Assembly: GCA_051362555.1 (NCBI GenBank)
Contig: CM120647.1
Location: 20,436,651-20,500,650, forward strand
Source of the DNA: Lingula anatina
Taxonomy: Eukaryota > Animalia > Brachiopoda
Length of the DNA stretch: 64,000 nucleotides
Direction: 5' to 3'
This document shows positions 1 to 12,214 of the stretch, one piece after another. The stretch's first letter is position 1; the number at the start of each line of letters is the position of its first letter. Both the position numbers and the translations under genes were made by a program. The notes under the pieces are model-generated. The model had not been told where the DNA came from and did no database searches. It saw only the letters and a program-made list of their open reading frames with translations.

Positions 1-300
1 TGGATTCGACATGTATATGTGACCCTTTTTTAATTTTGTAATTATTGGAATTTTATAAAAACCATCCAGCCTGTTTCTAACTAATACGTTATCTATTCAC
101 ACCTACAGTTGTTTTCCACATGACCTCATTTCAAACATGAATATCACAGAATAAGGGCTAAGAAAGAAACATAATGAGAGTGTATGTGAAGATAAAATGT
201 TTATCTCTCAGTCACTTCTTTTAGTCCTTTGCATTAACTTCTATGACTGACTTGCAACTCGCCACATCACGTCTTTATCAATTAAAATATAACTCTCTCG
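1..300 (+). other. 3' flank of a further array copy upstream of the window
   Basis: Matches the sequence downstream of exon 3 in other copies (e.g. 11040-11340, ...ctattcacacctacagttgttttccacatga...). Confidence 0.8.
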
Positions 301-1414
301 ATCAATTACATCTTTACTAATTCATCAATAACAGATTGCAATGTAAATTAATTCTAATGGCTGATGGCTGACTTGCATCCTGCTATATATACAAATACAT
401 AGATCTGAGTATTTTAAAGCTTAATTCTAGATACATTTTAAATCAGCATACTATTTTCCGTAAGTTTAATCATATCTGACTATATATCTTTAAATCATAC
501 GTAAGTCACAATGACTATTAATTAAGGGTTCGTTACATATGTTGCAATGAAAACTCTGCCATGTCTGTGAAGATGAGCCGGTATGATTCAAATATCGCTC
601 TATCCTGTTGTATTATATTTCCAGTTCTTCTCCCATGTCTGATAATACGGCATCCATGTACAGTACCTTACAAAATAGCGGCGCGTTTTTTCACCGCGTT
701 TTTTAGTCAGCTGTCAAAGGGTTATCATAACGACAAGGCAGTCCGTTGATCTATTTGAATATCGTCACCAGATTTGCAGAAATTGACCAATTAGCATTTT
801 CTCATGAAAGTTTTCCCTCTCTCAGTATAAAATTGTTAATTTTTGTTGCTGATTTAAAGTAATAATATTGTAAAAAAAATCAATAAACATTTCGTGTTTT
901 TAGAAAACAGTAAGGTTTAAGTAACAGAACCGCATGGGGTGGTGAGTTATACAACTATTTTTACAATTTTTTTACTCTGAAAATGTTTAATTTCATATTG
1001 CACGTATATGTAGATAAGTAATTGGCAAACATGATACATTTTGGCCAATTAAAGCCTTTTTATCTTCCATAAAAAGAGTGCTTATTTCGAAGCCCTTCAC
1101 CACCACAAATGCACAAACAAACCGAATGAAAATAAATCAAATTTGCCTCAGATCATCAGAGAAACGAGCATTTGTTAACAGTCATACTGCAGTATATTGT
1201 CTTACTTTTCGTTTCTGTAAGGAACACTATCATGTTTGGACATCCTCTGCTTGCAGCGTTAGTTTTGATTTCTTGCATTAACAGTGGAGTCTCAACTCCA
1301 GGTAAATATATGAATGTAATATGTATGGTATGAATGTAATTGCTGCTTTCCCATCAGGGTACATTATTACAAAGGGGTTGAACTCCCGAGAGGAAGGTAC
1401 GTTGAGTTCACTTT

Positions 1415-2070
1415 TTTCATTGATGGCAAAACGGAAGTAAGTTCACCCTTTCTCTGTTTTTCTAAAGATGCAGTAAAATTAGAACTTTTAAAATCGGAGA
1501 CCGCTTGGTCACGGTAAAATGAGGTTAAAAACCTAGGAGTAATTTTGATAACAGGTGCGATATGGCCGTCGACATCAGTAAAAGATGCAGAGCCGTTTCC
1601 TACGGTCTTTAAAATTTTCCAAACTATTCCATACCATTGGCAAATGTCAAATGGATAGGCCTTCATAACTTCATAACAGTCTACTGTCTGTTCCAAATTG
1701 AAAAACTACAATCTGTCCAAAATGCTGCAGCACGACTACTGACCAAAACCCCTCACAGATCAAATATTTCACCTATTTTATTCAAATTAAGATGGCTTCC
1801 AGTACGAAAGAGAATTGTTTTTAAAATACTGCTGTTTGTTTTTAAATTCACCAGATGCGAATGCCTTTCAATTTTTAATTTTCTTTACTACATCCAAGAT
1901 CAGCCAATCTCACCAGATCCGCCAGATCCACCTCTACTCTTTGCTTTACCAGGATAGACAAAGAAATATAAAACCTACGACCACAGGCCATTTTCAATTG
2001 CAGCAACCATTTTATGGAAAGAACTACCCTCACGCATTTGGACAATAGAAAGTGTTAAGGTTTTTAGAAA
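1415..2070 (+). mobile_element. Old CR1/L2-type LINE 3' remnant in intron 1 (paralogs about 12500-13390 and 57400-58880)
   Basis: KLQSVQNAAARLLTKT...ISPILFKLRWLPVRKRIVFKILLFVFK and YGHRAFSIAAP, typical of the L2/CR1 ORF2 C-terminus. Confidence 0.8.
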
Positions 2071-3218
2071 AATACATATAGTACTGATACTTTTATTTGT
2101 AAACTGCTTTGAGACGGAAGTGCAGTGCAGTTAAAAAAAAAATTATTATTATTATTATTATTATAAAATAATATGTGAACCGAATGACTGTGTACATATC
2201 TTGTCTTTCTTCGACCCAAATAAGCCCATGAAATATACCACAGTGCTCAGCTTATTTATGACCCGATTAGGCCGATTTTCGTCTGCATCGAAATGCTTCT
2301 TTGAAAACAATGCAAAAATAAATGAAAGTAACTTCCCCATCAAAATTACGACATAAACCCGCATGCATTTGCTTTATTGGATGTAGCGTTTAACAACGTG
2401 CTGGTATTGTAGACATATATGAGGGAGAAAAATATCTTTTGTATTATAGACATCGTTCTTAGATATCATATTGCAAAATGCACAAAAAGGTAGGAGGAGT
2501 GTCGCAGACTGTTATCATTATTCTAGTTCCTGTTGTTTTTTGTGTGCATGTGCCTCCGTATGTAAGTGTGTGCGCACGTTGGTGAATATCCACCCTTCCT
2601 ACTGACCATACCAAAAATGACAATTAAGTTCCCTCATTTTCAAGTAGTACGTACACCATGTTAAGGACTAGACACTTAGCAATAAGTTGAGTAAATTGTA
2701 AGTGTGAAATATATTTTGAATTGAGAGAATATGGGAAGAGCCACGAAGGAACATATGATATTGCGTGGTCGGCCATTACAGAAGTATTGTCATAAAATGC
2801 TGAAAACAAAAATTCTTTTAAAACAAGAACTTTGTCATTTTAATCTTTTCGTCAATGCTGATGAAAGTTGGTTATCTTTGTTGAAAATTAGGGTTGGCAA
2901 TTTAAGTTGAGAATGTAGAAAAAATCGTGCGAGAAGATACACTTTATAATCAAACAACGGTGTGCAATATGCATTAAAATCAGAATGTGCATTAACCTTG
3001 ATCTGAGATAACCACAGAAAGATTATATGTTAAAAGGCGCAGACTAGCATATTTTGGTTAACTTTGCCTTTTTTGCGTGAGACATCCACCGTGTATGTTG
3101 ATATACTGCTGTCGGTCTAACTTCGTGTTATGACAGTGAGGCCTAATCTTCTCCGAAGGAAATTGGGCTGTCATAGATTGGGTTCCCTTACTTAGATCGA
3201 TATAACAGGTTCGATCCA

Positions 3219-3387
3219 TCTCCAAGGGATTTCTCGCTAAATTGATAAAAGCGTAAGAGGCTTAGATGTCTGGCAAGCCTACTGAAGCTGCTAAACGACA
3301 TTTAATTACCTCCTAGCAGCTTCAGTAGGCGTGAGAGACATCTAAACCCTGAATTTGATTGCAATTTAGCGAGAATCCCCTTGGAGA
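3219..3387. repeat. Nested inverted repeat (probable old MITE) in type-A intron 1; paralogs near 14550, 17280 and 19625
   Basis: gcctactgaagctgcta (3277-3293) / tagcagcttcagtaggc (3314-3330) with outer arms tctccaaggga..tctcgctaaattg / caatttagcgaga..cccttggaga. Confidence 0.7.
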
Positions 3388-5674
3388 AAGATAGTTCCAC
3401 AGTAAGTACTATAAGGTCTGGGAATGGTCATTAACAGATCGGTTAAAAAGGTTCCATGAAGGTGCTTCTGGTATTTTATTAGAATGTATTGCTTGTCTTT
3501 TGAGGGGGAGTTGACGTGAAAGCTGCAACCGATTTAAGTTTTTGGCACATATGATCTTTGCGACCATGTGGTTACCAGTCGGCAATCGATCTCTACAATC
3601 CTGCAACCGGTTTTTAATTATCAAGTGGTTGCTGACAGATTGTTTACCACTCGGCAAACGGCGTGCGACTGGTAACCTGTAGTTCGAATGTGGTATTTAA
3701 GACGTTGCAACAACTGTAAAGCAACCTTGTTGCAACTTGTTTGCGACTGTTTTCCGAGCAAAATATACCAAAGCTTCTTATTCAGCTTGCAATGTGATCG
3801 CAAGCAACCGCCAGATTATGATGATGCTGAAAGTTTGCTCTAGGCTTTACTATCTTTCGTCGTTTTAGTGTTGTGGCAGTGATCTTGTCCTTCATGTCGG
3901 CGTTCATTTTTAAATTTCAGGTGGTAATCGCGTTCTGCATTTCCCTGAGCCAGATAACACCCTATCATGGTCACTACTGCACGCCATTACCCCGGATTTA
4001 AACGCCTTCACAGCCTGCGTATGGATCAAAACCATCCGCACCACAAGCGGCCCCATTCTATCCTACGGCTCAGAGAGTTGAACTTGGATACAGCCCCGTT
4101 GGTCACGGCTACTCCATTGTTTTGAAAGGCGATAACGTACTGAGTGGGTCCTCTCATGCTAAAGCGCCCCTACCGGCCGATGGGAACTGGCACCACTGGT
4201 GTGTGGTGTGGAGTGGTGCCAAGAGAGAGATTAATATCAACATGAGCAAGCAGGGCATAGCATGTTAAAAAACTTCACTGTAAACATCGTATACATTTCT
4301 TCAATGAACTGTCAAACGATTCACGGGGTTGCTTTTGGTGATCATGTCATAGGATTCACTTGTAAAATAACGACCAGATCAATCAGTTGATATGATCCAT
4401 GATCTGGCATAGTGTCAAAATGTTTTAATATCCCTTACTCTAATTTAGGCCCCATCAACGGATCGAGTCCTTTGATCGGACGAATGCAGTATATATAACT
4501 TCTGTGAATATGCAATTTTTACAAAACATTATTGTTTCAACTTGTTATGAATAATTAAGTCTTGATTTTAAATTTGTGTCATTCTAATACACAATTCCAG
4601 GCGGTAAATGGGTTGTTGGACACACTCAGTGTGAGGCAAGTCCTGATACTCTTCCTAAGCATCCATCATTCGTGGGATTCGTCGGCGGCGTCAACGTCTG
4701 GAACCACGATAACGTCGACATCCCCGGCCTGGCAATATGTGCCAATACTAACGAGGGAAGTCTCATATCCTGGGACACTGTCACCAAGACCAACTGCAAC
4801 ATATGAGGAACATTGTTAAAATGTTATCACTACAATTAGTCTTCTGTAATATGAAATTGGTCAGTATCCTATATGGATCACCATTAAAGCATTAACACTT
4901 CTTCCTTTTGCTTTGGGATTGTACTTCTAGATTGGAATGAACTACATTTTTCAGAATCGACATACCAAGTTAATGAAAATTTGCTGAAAGCGACCATACA
5001 GGTTCGATATGTACCGGTATTTACCCTTCTTCCCCTATTTTTGATATCACGGCATCCAGCTGCCTTACAAAATAGCAGCGCGTTTTTATTCAACTGCCCA
5101 ATTGTTATCATAACGAGCAGCAGTCCGTAGATCTATTTGAATATCGTCACCAAAAATTGACCGATCACAATTTTCTTATTAAAATTTTCCCTTACTCACA
5201 ATTAAAAATTGTTAATTTTTGTTGTTGATTTAATTATTGATATTGTAAAAGAAATTAAGAAATATTTCGTGTTTTTAGAAAACAGTAAGGTTTTAGTAAC
5301 AGATCCGCATGGGGTGGTGAATAATACATCGAAATGGAAAATTTTGCCTTTAAAGTAGTTAACTTCCTTGCACTTATATGTACCCGGTAGATAAGTAATT
5401 GACATACATGAAACGAGAAAAAGCCATTTTGGCCAATTTAGACCTTTGTAAATAACACCTCATAAAACGATTCACAAGGAATTAGGTCTCGGATTATTAG
5501 AGAAAAGATATTTATTTAGAGCCACAGACGGCAGTATTTTGTTCTACTCTACGTGTTTATCTTGGATGATATCGGTGTTGCAACATGGAACATTTGTTCT
5601 TGGAGCGTTAATGCTGACCTCTTGTATTGGTAGTTGATTTTTGTTTGCAAGCGATTAAATAAAAGTAAAGTTAG

Positions 5675-6355
5675 AAGAGCATTCTAAAAATTCTGAGTGC
5701 ATTCCAAATATTTTTACCCATTCTTGTGGCCGGCTCAAATGTTTTTGTCATGTCCAAAAACTTTCGAAGTGCATTCCAACATTCGCAATATCCCTACAGT
5801 ATTCCAACTACATTCGAGCTGCATTTGAGAGGTAATATACCTGGAATGTGCAAGAATAATTCCAGGCGGGTTCGATGTGCATTCTTAGTATTCCAGAGGA
5901 ATTCTTATAAAGCCGTAATATTTTATGACAATTTTAATTAATTTTAATTTCCCTCCCGAATATGGCACGAATTTTTAAATTTAGTAATTCCGGCTGGTTC
6001 TGCTTCATTCCTACTGAATAAGTGTGACGGGGACTTAAATCACTTGCCATTTCGAATATTCCTCTAATGCTATCAGAATGTTTATAATGCTGTCGGAACA
6101 CCGTGAGAACATTTAGAATGCAGTCATAGTGCAGTTAGAATACTGTTCAAATGCCATTCGATAATTTTCCACTTGGAATGCACTTCGAAAGTTTTTAACA
6201 CGAGAAAAACATTCGGGATGCCACAAGAATGGGTAAAAATATTTGGAATGCATTCGGGATTTTTATAATGCTCTTCGAATATCCAGGAAAGCACAAAGAA
6301 TTGTATTTCCGACGGCATTCTTGCTCATTCCGCCTCTAGTGTGACGGGGGTATTA
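5675..6355. mobile_element. GAAT/ATTC-rich MITE-like inverted repeat
   Basis: About 5675-5778 is the reverse complement of about 6174-6275; terminus-like gtgtgacgggg at about 6022 and 6339. Confidence 0.6.
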
Positions 6356-6929
6356 GACTTTGCCTGCGGTTATTATTTCGTGTATTGTACTATTTACAAA
6401 ACTCAATATAATGTCGTTCTCATATATTTACTATATTGCTCGAAGCATAGTAAAACAATTTCAGATACTCAACTCCTGATGCTAATTAAAACGATTTGTG
6501 TGTTTGTGTGCATGGGTCGGTGGGTGGGTATATATAACTGTCGTATTGATGAAAGGTTCACTTGTTGAAGGACTTATGGCCGTGCTTCGTAGATAATTCT
6601 ACTAAAAAAAAGAAGATCCCAATAACGATATGTAGGTACGACATTTATGCCCCAAAGTGACTAAAATGCTGCTATTAGAGGTGTATAATGTCTCCAATGT
6701 GCTCTAAAATCTCATTGCATTGGTATCTAAGTTTGAATATATCATTGAAAATGCAAGCAGGCAAACTACAAAAAAAGGTGAGTATAATAAAGACAATGTA
6801 TTTTAGACTCATGTCTCGTTTGGAAAGAACACGCCCACACAGATTAACCTCGGATCACCCTAGAAGAAAACATATGTTTACATTCAGTCTGCAGTAGGCC
6901 CTATCCGTGCTTTCTTCATGAGAGCCGCC

Positions 6930-7121
6930 ATGTTTGGACATTTCCTGTGTCCGGCATAGATTAGTCACGTATCCTGTCATCCGAGAAGCAAGCATATGTT
7001 TAGAGTCATTCTGCAGTACGTCCTGTACCATCCCACTTTTCGTGAGAGCCGTCATGTACGTGTGCAACTGCTTGCAGCTTTGGCTTTGCCTTATGCATTG
7101 GAAGCGAATAAACAAGCCCAG
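6930..7121 (+). pseudogene. Two degenerate type-B leader exons (6930-6955 truncated; 7054-7121 frameshifted, donor lost)
   Basis: gccgccATGTTTGGACATTTCCTG breaks off after 8 codons; the second retains ctgcttgcagctttggctttgccttat but out of frame. Confidence 0.7.
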
Positions 7122-7829
7122 TATAAATTGGGGTACATAAAATGTTCATATATAACATATATACAGAACATCTAGTCCATTTTAAACGCATTGCTTACTT
7201 ATTTTATTTATAACATTAAAAAAAACACCATATGCTTTCACAACTCACACAATCTTAGACTTTGCCTGCGATTATTATTTTAACTTCTTATGTGTATTGC
7301 ACCTTTTAGGAAACTCACTATGATGTCGTTCTCTAATATTTACCAATTTATTGCTTAAAACATAATAATACAATTTCAGATACTCGATTCCTAATGCTTA
7401 TGAATGTGTTTGTGTGCATGGGTCTGTGGGTGGGTATTGTATTCCTTTTAGATTGATGAAAGGTTCGCTTGTTAAGGCACTTATGGCCCTTTTTAGTAGA
7501 TAATGGTACTTAAAAAAGAAGATCCTAATAACGATATGTAAGTATGCCAAAAATGCCCCCACGTAACTTAAATGCTGCCATTAGAGGTACATTATGTGTC
7601 CAATGTGCTCTAAAACTCATTGCATTGATAATTCAGTTTAAATATATCACTGAACATGCAAGCAGACAAACAAAGACGTAAGTATAATAAAGACAATGTG
7701 TTTTAGATTCATGTCTCGTTTTGAAAGAACACGCTCGCATACATAAACCTCGGATCACACTAGAAGCAAGCATATGTTTAGAGTTGGTGTGCTGTAGGCC
7801 CTATCCATGCTTTCTTCATGAGAGCCGCC

Positions 7830-10800
7830 ATGTTTGGGGATTTCCTGCTTCCGGCGTTGGCTTTGTCTTATTGTATTGGCAGCGAATCAATGACCCCAGT
7901 GCCAGGTATTTAGATTGAGCTACATAAAATGTTTCTATATATTACATTTATAAAATGTATTTTGTGTTTCTGGAACATTGCAAATAAGAAACTATTAAAC
8001 AGTTGAACATGCACATAAACTTTGGCCCCATAAAAAGTGTAGAGTCAGATCTCCCTTTTCGCGTGAATGATCTTATTAGGTTTAAAGGGATGTAACCTGG
8101 GATTTCCCACGAAAAATAATTTTTAGGAGTTCTCTCCACCCGTCTGAAAATCCCCCACAGTCTTATTCATGTCCTTAAGACCTCCTTACTTACATTTCCC
8201 GGCGGAGCCCATAAAAGAAAGAAAGAAGGAAAGACAGAAAGAAAGAAAGAAATAGGAAATAAGATCAGAAGCATTTTCCTTCACTGTTTTACCAGAGTTT
8301 TTTGTTTCATAGCTATCAAACACGACATTAATCTTATTGGTGTTTATGATCACAACCACTTTCTTCTCTGTTTTGGCCGACTTTTCCACGCCGAACTGAT
8401 CAAGTATTTTTAATACCTTAGATATCAGAGCATATCTCTCTACATCTAGTTCCTGAGTTTACTACGTCAAACTGATCTGTTATGTTGAATACCTAGGATC
8501 GATACCTTTTTTCTGAACTTTTTTATGCAAGAAGCATAAAATCATCAAATCATTTGTCAAAGTACACACAGGAGTGATATACACCCAAAACTCCTAGGTC
8601 AGGCAAAAATAAAAATAATTGTTTTGTTATCACACGAAAGCAGTTCACCTTGAAATCAGATTTAAAATCTGTCTGGACTTCAATATGGCCTGTGTCATGT
8701 ACAACATTAGGGGGTGGCTCCAGGTTTCATCAAGACAGAACAGTTGCTCACAGTTCTCCTCTGGAGAGTGATTTGTTGCAGAAACCCAATGTTCTGAAGA
8801 TCGAGCAACCATATTTGAGCTCTAATACTAGCCCTACTGATCACCTGTTGCATGCATAGGAGTGTGCAACGCTGCGGCGATCCAACCTCCTAAGAATTTG
8901 GACCAACTCTACCTAGCTCTTTCAGAAGAATGGGACAATACCTCTCAAACAGAACTGTAACCATTGGTGAAAGCAAGCCGCCTACAGGAGATAATTGCAG
9001 TACGCGAAAGACGCACGCACGCTTTTAGACATTAACAAGCACTTCCTAATGTTTTTTGTGTGTAAATTTGGTGACGTGGTGGTGTATTTCAATTTAATCA
9101 ACATTTCTTTACTTCTTTGGAAATCACAGTGAAACATCTGATTTAAGGGTTACAGTGTTATAAATGTGAATGAAGGGTATTGAATAGGGATATCCTCACT
9201 TCTATTTTGTACTTTCTGTGCCATTAATCATGTTTGTAATGATACCTGAAATGAAAGACACTCTTCTTAACAATCTACACTTGATTTGATCATTTGTAAA
9301 TAAAATTGTTTGAAACTAGAGGTGAGAAAACCTTTTTGACCAATGTTGTACACCAACTTAAACAAAGCCTTTGAAAGAAACATTCAAATTTGATTATGAA
9401 TGGGCATAAAACCACTGATATTATTAAAACAAATAGATATTTAAAATGGAGTTCTAAAACGTGCTATACGTGGTACATGTGACACCTTAAAGAAAAAGCA
9501 CTAAGAAACAAATGGACTGGTGTCATCGATTCAACAGCGTGTATAGAATTCTTCATGTCTGTCGTGTTTTCCATTTCACTGTTAATATTGATATATTTCA
9601 TTTTGGCAAATTGTAAACTGTGTAAGAGATAAAGAAATTCTACGTTTAAGACGCTTTTGCGATCCGAATGATGTTCATAGAATTCAAAGTAATATGCAAG
9701 TTTTGTTACAGTGTGACATTAATTGTCTTAATAATATACTAAGAAATTCGTACCATTTGATCAGAAAAAGCGTCTTAGTTCTGTTGATGTCCTTTGTTTA
9801 TGCCTGTATTTATATTTACTTTCACAAGGCGGTCGGGTTCTGCACTTTCCTGAACCAGATAACACCATCTCTTGGTCACATCTACAGGCGACCACCCCCG
9901 ATCTGGATGCCTTCACAGCCTGCGTATGGATCAAAACCATCCGCACCACAAGCGGCCCCATTCTCTCCTACGGCTCAGAGAGTTGTCGCCAGTGTATTGA
10001 ACTTGGATACAGCCCCGTTGGTCACGGCTACTCCGTTGTTTTGAAAGGCGATAATGTATTGAGTGGGTCCTCTCGTGCTGAAGCGCCCCTACCGGCCGAT
10101 GGGAACTGGCACCACTGGTGTGTGGTGTGGAGTGGTGCCAAGAGAGAGATTAATATCTACAGGGATGGTCTCCACGCGCTGAGTCAACATGTTAAAGTTT
10201 CACGTATACCTGGAGGTAAAATGGCATGATAATTTGGATGATATATTTCTTCTTGCTGTAGTCTCTTTTCTTTCCAGCATATTTATATGAGCAACCAGGG
10301 CACAGCATGTTTAAAAAAATTACTGTAAATATCGTATACATTTCTTTACTGAAATGTAAAACAATTCACGGGGTTGCTTTCAGTGTTCATTTTTTAATTC
10401 TTATTTGTAAAATAACGACCTGTATTTCTATATCAATATGAGTCAATATGAGTCATAATCTGGTGTCTAAATGTTTTAATATTCCTTACTCGGAGTTCTT
10501 ATATCTGCCGAATGCCTTACTTACCACTTTTGTGAATATGCTTTTTTTTAATATAACATAGTTGTTTAAACTTAGTTGTAGGAATAATGAAGCCTTGATT
10601 TAACTAGTTTCATTTTATTTCACAATTTCAGGTGGTAAATGGGTCGTTGGGCACACTCAATGTGAGGCAAGTCCAGATACTCTTCCTAAGCATCCATCAT
10701 TCGTGGGATTCGTTGGCGGCGTCAACGTCTGGAACCATGATAAAGTCGACATCCCCGGCCTGGCAATATGTGCCAATAGTAACGAAGGGAGTCTCATTTC

Positions 10801-10858
10801 CTGGGATACTGTCACCAACACAAACTTCAAGGTCGCAACATATGAGGAACATTGTTAA
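7830..10858 (+). CDS. Secreted short pentraxin-like protein, copy 2 (exons 7830-7905, 9829-10215, 10632-10858; 229 aa)
   Basis: gccgccATG leader MFGDFLLPALALSYCIGSESMTPVP with gtattt donor; open frame across GT-AG junctions; motifs LDAFTACVWIK, WHHWCVVWSG, IPGGGKWVVG, FVGFVGGVNVWN, GSLISW; ends EEHC-TAA. Exon-2 acceptor is an inferred AAG. Confidence 0.85.
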
Positions 10859-11010
10859 AATGTTACCACTACATTTACTTTTCTGTAATATGACATTGGT
10901 CTGTATACTATATGGATCGCCATTAAAGTATCAACACCTCTTCCTTTTGCTTTGGGATTATACTTTTAGATTGGAATGAACTACATACTTCAGAATTGAC
11001 AAACCAAGTT

Positions 11011-11016
11011 AATAAA
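11011..11016 (+). terminator. Putative polyadenylation signal AATAAA, positionally conserved in intact copies
   Basis: caagttAATAAA at 11011, 16323, 28754, 39455, 49099 and 54574 (variant context at 61748); AATGAA in pseudogene copies 1 and 4. Confidence 0.55.
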
Positions 11017-12214
11017 GATTTGCTTAAAGCGACCATGTGGGTTCGATGTGTCTATGTGACGCTTTGTTAATTTTGTAATTATTGGAATTTTATAAAAACC
11101 ATCCGGACTGTTTCTAACTAATACGTGATCTATTCACACCTACAGTTGTTTTCCACATGACTTCATTTCAAACATGAATATCACAGAATAAGGACTAAGA
11201 AAGAAACATAATGAGAGTGTATGTGAAATTAAAATGTATATCTCAGTCACCTCATTTATTCCTTTGAATTAACCTCCATGACTGACTTGGGACTTGCTAC
11301 ATCACGTCTTTATCAATTAAAACTTAACTCTCTCGATCAATTACATGTTTACTCTTTCATCAACAACAGATTACAATGTAAATTAATTTTAATAGCTGAT
11401 GGCTGACTTGCTATATATATACAAATACATAGATCTGAATATGTAAAAGCTTAATTCTAGATACATTCTAAATCAGCATAATATTTTCCGTAAGTTGAAT
11501 TATATCTGATAAAACGGCATCCATATGCCTTACAAAATGGCGGCGCGTTTTTTCACCGTGGTTTTTAGTCAACTGTCCAACTGTCATCATAACGACAAGG
11601 CAGTCCGTAGATCTATTTGAATATAGTCATCAGAAACTGACCCATCGGAATTTTTTCATAAAAGTTTTCCCTTTCTCACTATAAAATTGCTAATTTTTGA
11701 TGTTGATTTAAAATATTGTATTCGTGTTTTTAGAAAACATAAGGGTTTTAGTAACAGAACTGCATGGGGTGATGAATAATACAACTTTTTTTACAGTTTT
11801 TTTCATCTTAAAATGTTTAATTTCATTGCACTTATATGTAGATCAGAAACTGGCATACATGATACGAAAAGCCAATTTGGTCAATTTAGGCCTTTTTAAC
11901 GCATCTTTCTTCATTAAAAAGAGCGAATCATACTGAAACCCTTCACCACGCACGGCTTTCAACGCTGCATGGCATTGTAATCAGTTGCATCGGCTCAGAT
12001 ATATTTTGTTAAGTAGCATTACAAAAAGAAGTAAAGTGACGCCAGGATACAAAAAGCAATGTGCTTTATATCCCAAGCCTCGCTTTGAACACACAAAACA
12101 AACCGAATGGAAATAAATTAAATTCGCCTCAGATTATCAGAGAAACGAGCATTTGTTAGCAGTCATACTGCAGCAAATTGGTATACTCTATTTGGTTCTG
12201 TGAGGAACACTACC

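Larger units (their letters stand above)
1232..4819 (+). pseudogene. Pentraxin-like copy 1, pseudogene (intact leader exon 1232-1301; damaged exon 2 from 3921; damaged exon 3 4601-4819)
   Basis: Leader MFGHPLLAALVLISCINSGVSTP G|gtaaat. Exon 2 has a 14-nt deletion (tcgccagtgtattg missing near 4080) giving GAG AGT TGA. A second deletion near 4238 removes the exon-2 3' end and donor. Exon 3 is 219 nt versus 227 in intact copies (8-nt deletion). Confidence 0.9.

Noticed and set aside
3409-3803. Repeated ORFs MPSGKQSVS... and MRSHCKLNKK...
   Set aside because: Lie in duplicated intron 1; frames are not preserved in more diverged paralogs (52700-52920, 60060-60350)
8099-8108. NF-kB-like site GGGATTTCCC in copy 2 intron 1
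   Set aside because: Not conserved at the paralogous position in copy 7 (gggaatttca); could be chance
9761-9961. Recurrent minus-strand ORFs MGPLVVRMVLIH...
   Set aside because: Antisense shadows of exon 2 with variable ends and no independent coding evidence
10041-10229. Standalone 62-aa ORFs MKGDNVL...GGKMA
   Set aside because: Partial exon 2 called from a TTG start and read into the intron; not separate genes
10632-10979. Repeated ORF-track proteins such as MVNGSLGTLNVRQV... (also 4562, 15992, 18623, 54151, 61268)
   Set aside because: These are the wrong reading frame of pentraxin exon 3 and recur only because the DNA is duplicated
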